64,000 nucleotides of DNA, taken from positions 372,001 through 436,000 of the forward strand of contig CM120640.1 of assembly GCA_051362555.1 (NCBI GenBank). Reading direction: 5' to 3'. A program made the position numbers and the translations under genes. This DNA comes from Lingula anatina (taxonomy: Eukaryota > Animalia > Brachiopoda). How positions within the stretch are numbered: position 1 is the stretch's first letter; each line of letters opens with the position of its first letter. The notes under the pieces are model-generated. The model was given only the letters and a program-made list of their open reading frames with translations. It had not been told where the DNA came from and ran no database searches. Shown here piece after piece: positions 42,007 through 64,000 of the stretch.

Positions 42007-45000
42007 GGGAAATAAAACAGGTAACTTAAACCATAAAGACTTTCATAAGACTCTTATTTATGCTACAGTAAATTAATCAGTTTTACTATTAGACAAAATA
42101 AAGCAAAGCTTTTTTCAGTCATTTTTTAATTTTAGTGTTGACAATAGTATGATTTCATGGCCTCTTTGAGCATATTCACAATCATACCTGTGAGGTGTGT
42201 GTTTGTGTGTGGGGGGGTTCATCCCCAATAATATGCCTTGAAACAAACATAGAAGAAGAAGAAACAGCTCTGTTGCAGAAAAGCATGCTACTTTAATGGT
42301 GATAAAGTCCACTTAACACTTATACCATATTTATACATAATGTATATTGTAACCAAGCAAAACAAGCTCTCCTGGGCAGTTGTATCACCATATATAACAA
42401 TCCTTTAGACAAAAACATTTTCAGCTGTCATCACACATAGTGAACCTTGCAGAAACTGTGTGCCCCCCTGCCAGATAATTAAATTACTCATTATCTTTAT
42501 CAGGGATATGACTTTTCCTTTTTTATCTTTTTGGATTTTTTTTTATTTTTTTTTTTAGCTTTTCTGGGATAATTGCACATTGTCAATTTTCAGGTTTATT
42601 CCCCCCCCCCCCCCCCCCCCCCCCCCACACACACACACAAATCACATCCTTGCTATTTATTGTGAGTTAAATTATTTTTATTTTTTATTTTTCAGAGAGG
42701 AAGTCATGGTCTTGTCCCATTTGAAAATTAGCGTAAGCAGAGATGAGCACGGATAGGAGTTGAAAACTTAATTCACTATGCTTGAACACTGGAATATATG
42801 GACATGAATACATTAATTTTATAAGGAGATGAATTATTATGAAAATAAATTTTTTAAAGTATTTTTGAAATCTCTAGCAGACCAGTCTAGCTGTGCTTTG
42901 AAAATATTCCAGTGCAAATTGATACTGTAAATATTAGAAAAAAAATATGAGTGTATACATTTTTCTGAAATTCTGCTATAACTTAGTTTAGACACATCAC
43001 ATTATGTTAAACTACCTGTTTATAGACACCATTGTGCAACTCAATGATAATTTCTATAGTATGCAATAAAATGCATTATTTTTACTTGAATCTTTATGTT
43101 CCAATTCCCCAAATCTGCCATGAGCTGCAAAAATTAGGCCTGTGGCTATGGGTTAAAGGTTTATTTAATGACATCAAACTTTCTGTTCAATATGTTTATT
43201 CATGAGTCATAAAGCACTTAAGGTAAGGTTATGTATCGAAAAATATATACAGAACTCTTCAGTGGCACAATTAGGGGTGGGGGGTGGGGGGGGGCAAGTG
43301 GTGAGCTGAGTGCCCCTTTTCAAAATAAATACTCTTTTAACATTCTCCTTATTTTAAAAAGGATAGGAAATATTCCTTGAGGTCACCATTCCACATGTCA
43401 TATGTTTCAGAATGTCCCTAGTTGCAGAATATTTTTCCACAAGATGGATGGTACCAAGGTTAGCTTGGCCCAACCTGAATAGAAACACGCCTTCAGTCGC
43501 TTGCCCTTAACATAAGCATTTGTGCAAAATTTATCCTAATCCATACCAGCACAGTGAAGCATGAACCAAGTAGGTTAGAAATTAAGTTTGGTGGGTTAAC
43601 AATGCTTGAAACAAGGTTAGAGTTGCTATAAATTGAGATTGGTCTATTTTTATGCAAACTAAAGCGTTTAGCAGCAAAGATCTAATTATAAAGCACCTAA
43701 AGGCAATGCTCCTGTCTTCGTTCTAATAAACTACCAGCTTAGATACTGGTTCTTACTCAATGCGAGCTTGTTCTTACTTATTTTGGATCCTAGACTCAAT
43801 CCAGGAACTACGGTAATATGCCAAACAATTCGACCAAGATTAATTAATTAATTTCATGGAAATGTCAGTTTGGTCGAATTGATTAAAATACAGCAAATGG
43901 AAACCTTTGATATCGTCGGATTGTTAGGGGCATCTGCCAAAACGTCCATCTTTCCGGAAGTATTGCATTTTACCGGAAGTGTTACGCAAGATAAGCCGCA
44001 ATTTTCGCCTAACACGTGTTTCAGGCTTGTTTTATCCTCCTTTTAAAATCTTATTTTGCTGTGTACAATATGTGCTAACATTACTCATAACATTAAAAAA
44101 GACGACAATTATAATTTCTAATTATATATTTCCCTCACCTACGATCATTTTCATGATGCGCTTCACGAGTGGGACGAGTACTTCCCCAGAGACGGGTGTT
44201 GTAAACAAAGGCCGGTCACTTATATTTGAAACCGGTAGCTTTAGTAGACTTAAACTAGTTATGTGATCTACGTACGCCCTATTTGAATTTTAATATGACA
44301 ACTGAAATCAACCGAATTGAAATTTTTTACCAGTCTGAGATCAGTTGTTTTCAACCCGCAAGGCTTGCTCAGCGTCAAGGCGTAGACGTACTTCCGAAGA
44401 AAATTCAATCACCTGTATCAAAGAATACCAACTGGTACTCAAACGGAATTCAGTGTAACTTCAAATTACTTATAAGTATTTTATTTAAAAAGCATGTCAT
44501 ATTAAAACATATTGAGAAAAGGCAAAATACGGAGCCTACCTGTGCCGATAGACATAGAGTAGGCCTATCTTGCTGGCACTCTTCCGATTTTCTTACTTAT
44601 ATACTCTCGCTGTGCACAAACCACGGTGCATATTGAAAACCCCACTGATACAACCCGAACGTAAAATAAGCATTTAATTGCCATAATTTTCTCAAAACAA
44701 GTGCATTTATAATTTGACGCGAGAATCATCGAGTACATGCAGAAATGAGACTGGTCTTATCTGGTCTGGTCTAGCATAGCGCAAGCCACATGTTAATGAA
44801 GACGGTCCCATTTTGGGGGAGGGGGGTCACAGGAATGGAGTTCTTCGTGGATTACGCTAAATATCATCAACATTTCATGCATCTGGGGAAATAAAAAGTG
44901 ACTCACAGGTAACGTAAATATCCAGTGGAACTCTCTATGAAGCTCTCATGGAGTTAAGGAAGACGTCATTTTTATTGTTGACAAATCAGTTATCCATGTA

Positions 45001-46820
45001 GGTGAACAGCTACACGTGTTCGTCAGATTTTGACAGCGCGTGGTATTTGGCGCCAAGAAGTCTGGGCGGTCGATCCCGCTGATCTTTCGGTCGATTGAAG
45101 TAAATGTAAGATCTTGCGGTGTTGACTTCAAGAACGTTTCCCCATCTGCATATATATTTCAATCAAACTTGAAAATAAATTGCTTATTCTTCCCAAACTT
45201 TTTATTGCTAGCAAACGCTATATATGGTCTATATGAAGGTGTTTACGACGTATTCTACCCACTGTCGATATTTGGTTTCATCCAGAATGGACCTTTTTTA
45301 ACCCCCCCCCCTTCCCCAGTTACGGGGTGATGAATCAGTCAGCGAGGGCAAGTCTGCTTAATTAGCACAAACTGTATGTCTATAACACTATTTTGTCATC
45401 GGGGACAAAGGAAATGACAGGTACGTCATGCTTCCAGATTAGATCTTCAATTAATAGTTTCTTCCTCATTGACGAGAGCTATTGAAAGGACAACAATTGA
45501 CAAAGGGCCCGGCATGCAGCATCTATATGACTGGCTTGAAAATTTACCGAGTCTTGCCGACGATGTGGTCGAACAATCGGAACAAGAAAAAAATTCTGTC
45601 GCATGATTTTGACGTATGGACTAAATGTTTGAGCCCAGAAAAATTAATTTTATAATATAATTTTTTTGGTCGGATTGACTGGGCCCGTCGAAATGCTTGG
45701 CACATTACCGTATTTGTTTTCTTGATTATTTTGTTAACCAGCCAGCTTGGCAGAAAACACTTAGTGTCATGAGGATTAAATTATACTGACTTGCATACAC
45801 ATTATGCACTTTAAAATACATTTTGAAACTCATTTCCTTTTTTCACATGGCAAGCTTGATGCAGATACTTACTCTAAAATTGAAATGTATTTACAGACAA
45901 TTTACCTAAAAAATGAATAAAATACATATTTACTGTTTATCAAAACCAGTAACAAAAATAACACCGGACACATCAAATCTTAACACATCTTTAAAAAATG
46001 AATTTAAAAAATCATAAATATTAATACATGCAACTATGCTATATCCATAAAGAAATAAAATAAGGTCATTTATTTGACAACAGTATACCAGTGACACTGT
46101 TAATACAGGTATGTCCTTTACCCAAGAATTTATACAAGCTCACACCTGTTTACATTCAGCCCACTGTTAATGTTTCCGCCTCTGTGTTTTAAACAAACAA
46201 AGATTCACAAACAAACATTTTGGTTATTGTTAAATAGGCTTGTCATTTTATTTTCAAAAAGTAATATTTTGTTGTAATATCATCTTAATGATTTCCTTTC
46301 GTGTCAATGAAATATACTTAATTTCTGGAACTACGGATATATCCATTTTTTCACCACAACTGTAGGCTCGGCCTTTGTAATCATGCAAATTTCGCCGACC
46401 ATGAAAATAAATTATGGGATTTGTCAGCGAAATCAATCGTGGGTAATGGGACTCAAAATCACAAAAAAGATCTAATATTCAAAAGCTAAATGTCGCTCCA
46501 GTTTCAAATATCAACCAAATTGACGTTTTATCTCGATAGATTTTCTCATTCTTTCAATTTCGATGCATTCCTTTGTATTTTGTCTTTCAATTGGTAGGCG
46601 GAATGATTATGCTCAAATGCTTTGTAAATGCCGCTCCCAGCTGGGGCACGAGAATTATGCATCGGAAGGGCGCTATTGACTCAACCATTCATGAAAGGGG
46701 ATTTCCCAATAGGGAATCCCCGGTGCCCTGAATCAGGATTCTTTGAGTTTATTTATAGATCGGAGGCGTGTTGCCTTAAATTTAAGATACGCATGCTCAG
46801 ACAAACTTCCGCCCAATCAG

Positions 46821-63933
<17,113 letters not shown>

Positions 63934-64000
63934 GTGAGTTCTATGTTGCAGAGAGGGGTTGATACTTTTCTAAACATATTAAAAAATTACACTATTGCAT

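Noticed and set aside
43940-45330. CpG-containing segment with TTCCGGAAG motifs and short ORFs between POLR2E and ZSWIM
   Set aside because: May be promoter or lncRNA sequence, but no supportable coding or RNA gene model.

Overview
Gene-dense, AT-rich animal genomic DNA with spliceosomal introns (invertebrate, probably a mollusc or other lophotrochozoan; the taxon is an inference). Genes reconstructed by hand from splice sites and reading frames: the 5' half of CDC40/PRP17 (-), with the last exon of a single-pass receptor nested antisense in one intron; a complete WAVE/WASF gene (+) head-to-head with CDC40; an orphan 2-exon basic protein gene (+); a complete 13-exon MFI/C11orf65 homologue (-) that hosts a 4.2-kb Helentron-type element, LTR-integrase debris, MITEs and a nested antisense DUF3987-like gene; POLR2E/RPB5 (+) head-to-head with MFI and containing a U12-type intron; and the 5' part of a ZSWIM4/5/6 gene (+). 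The most striking unexplained pattern is that ten separate tandem-repeat arrays (45-110 bp units, 2 to about 39 copies) in five genes straddle a coding/non-coding boundary (8 splice sites, 2 stop codons), which creates runs of duplicate splice sites, some of them in frame.
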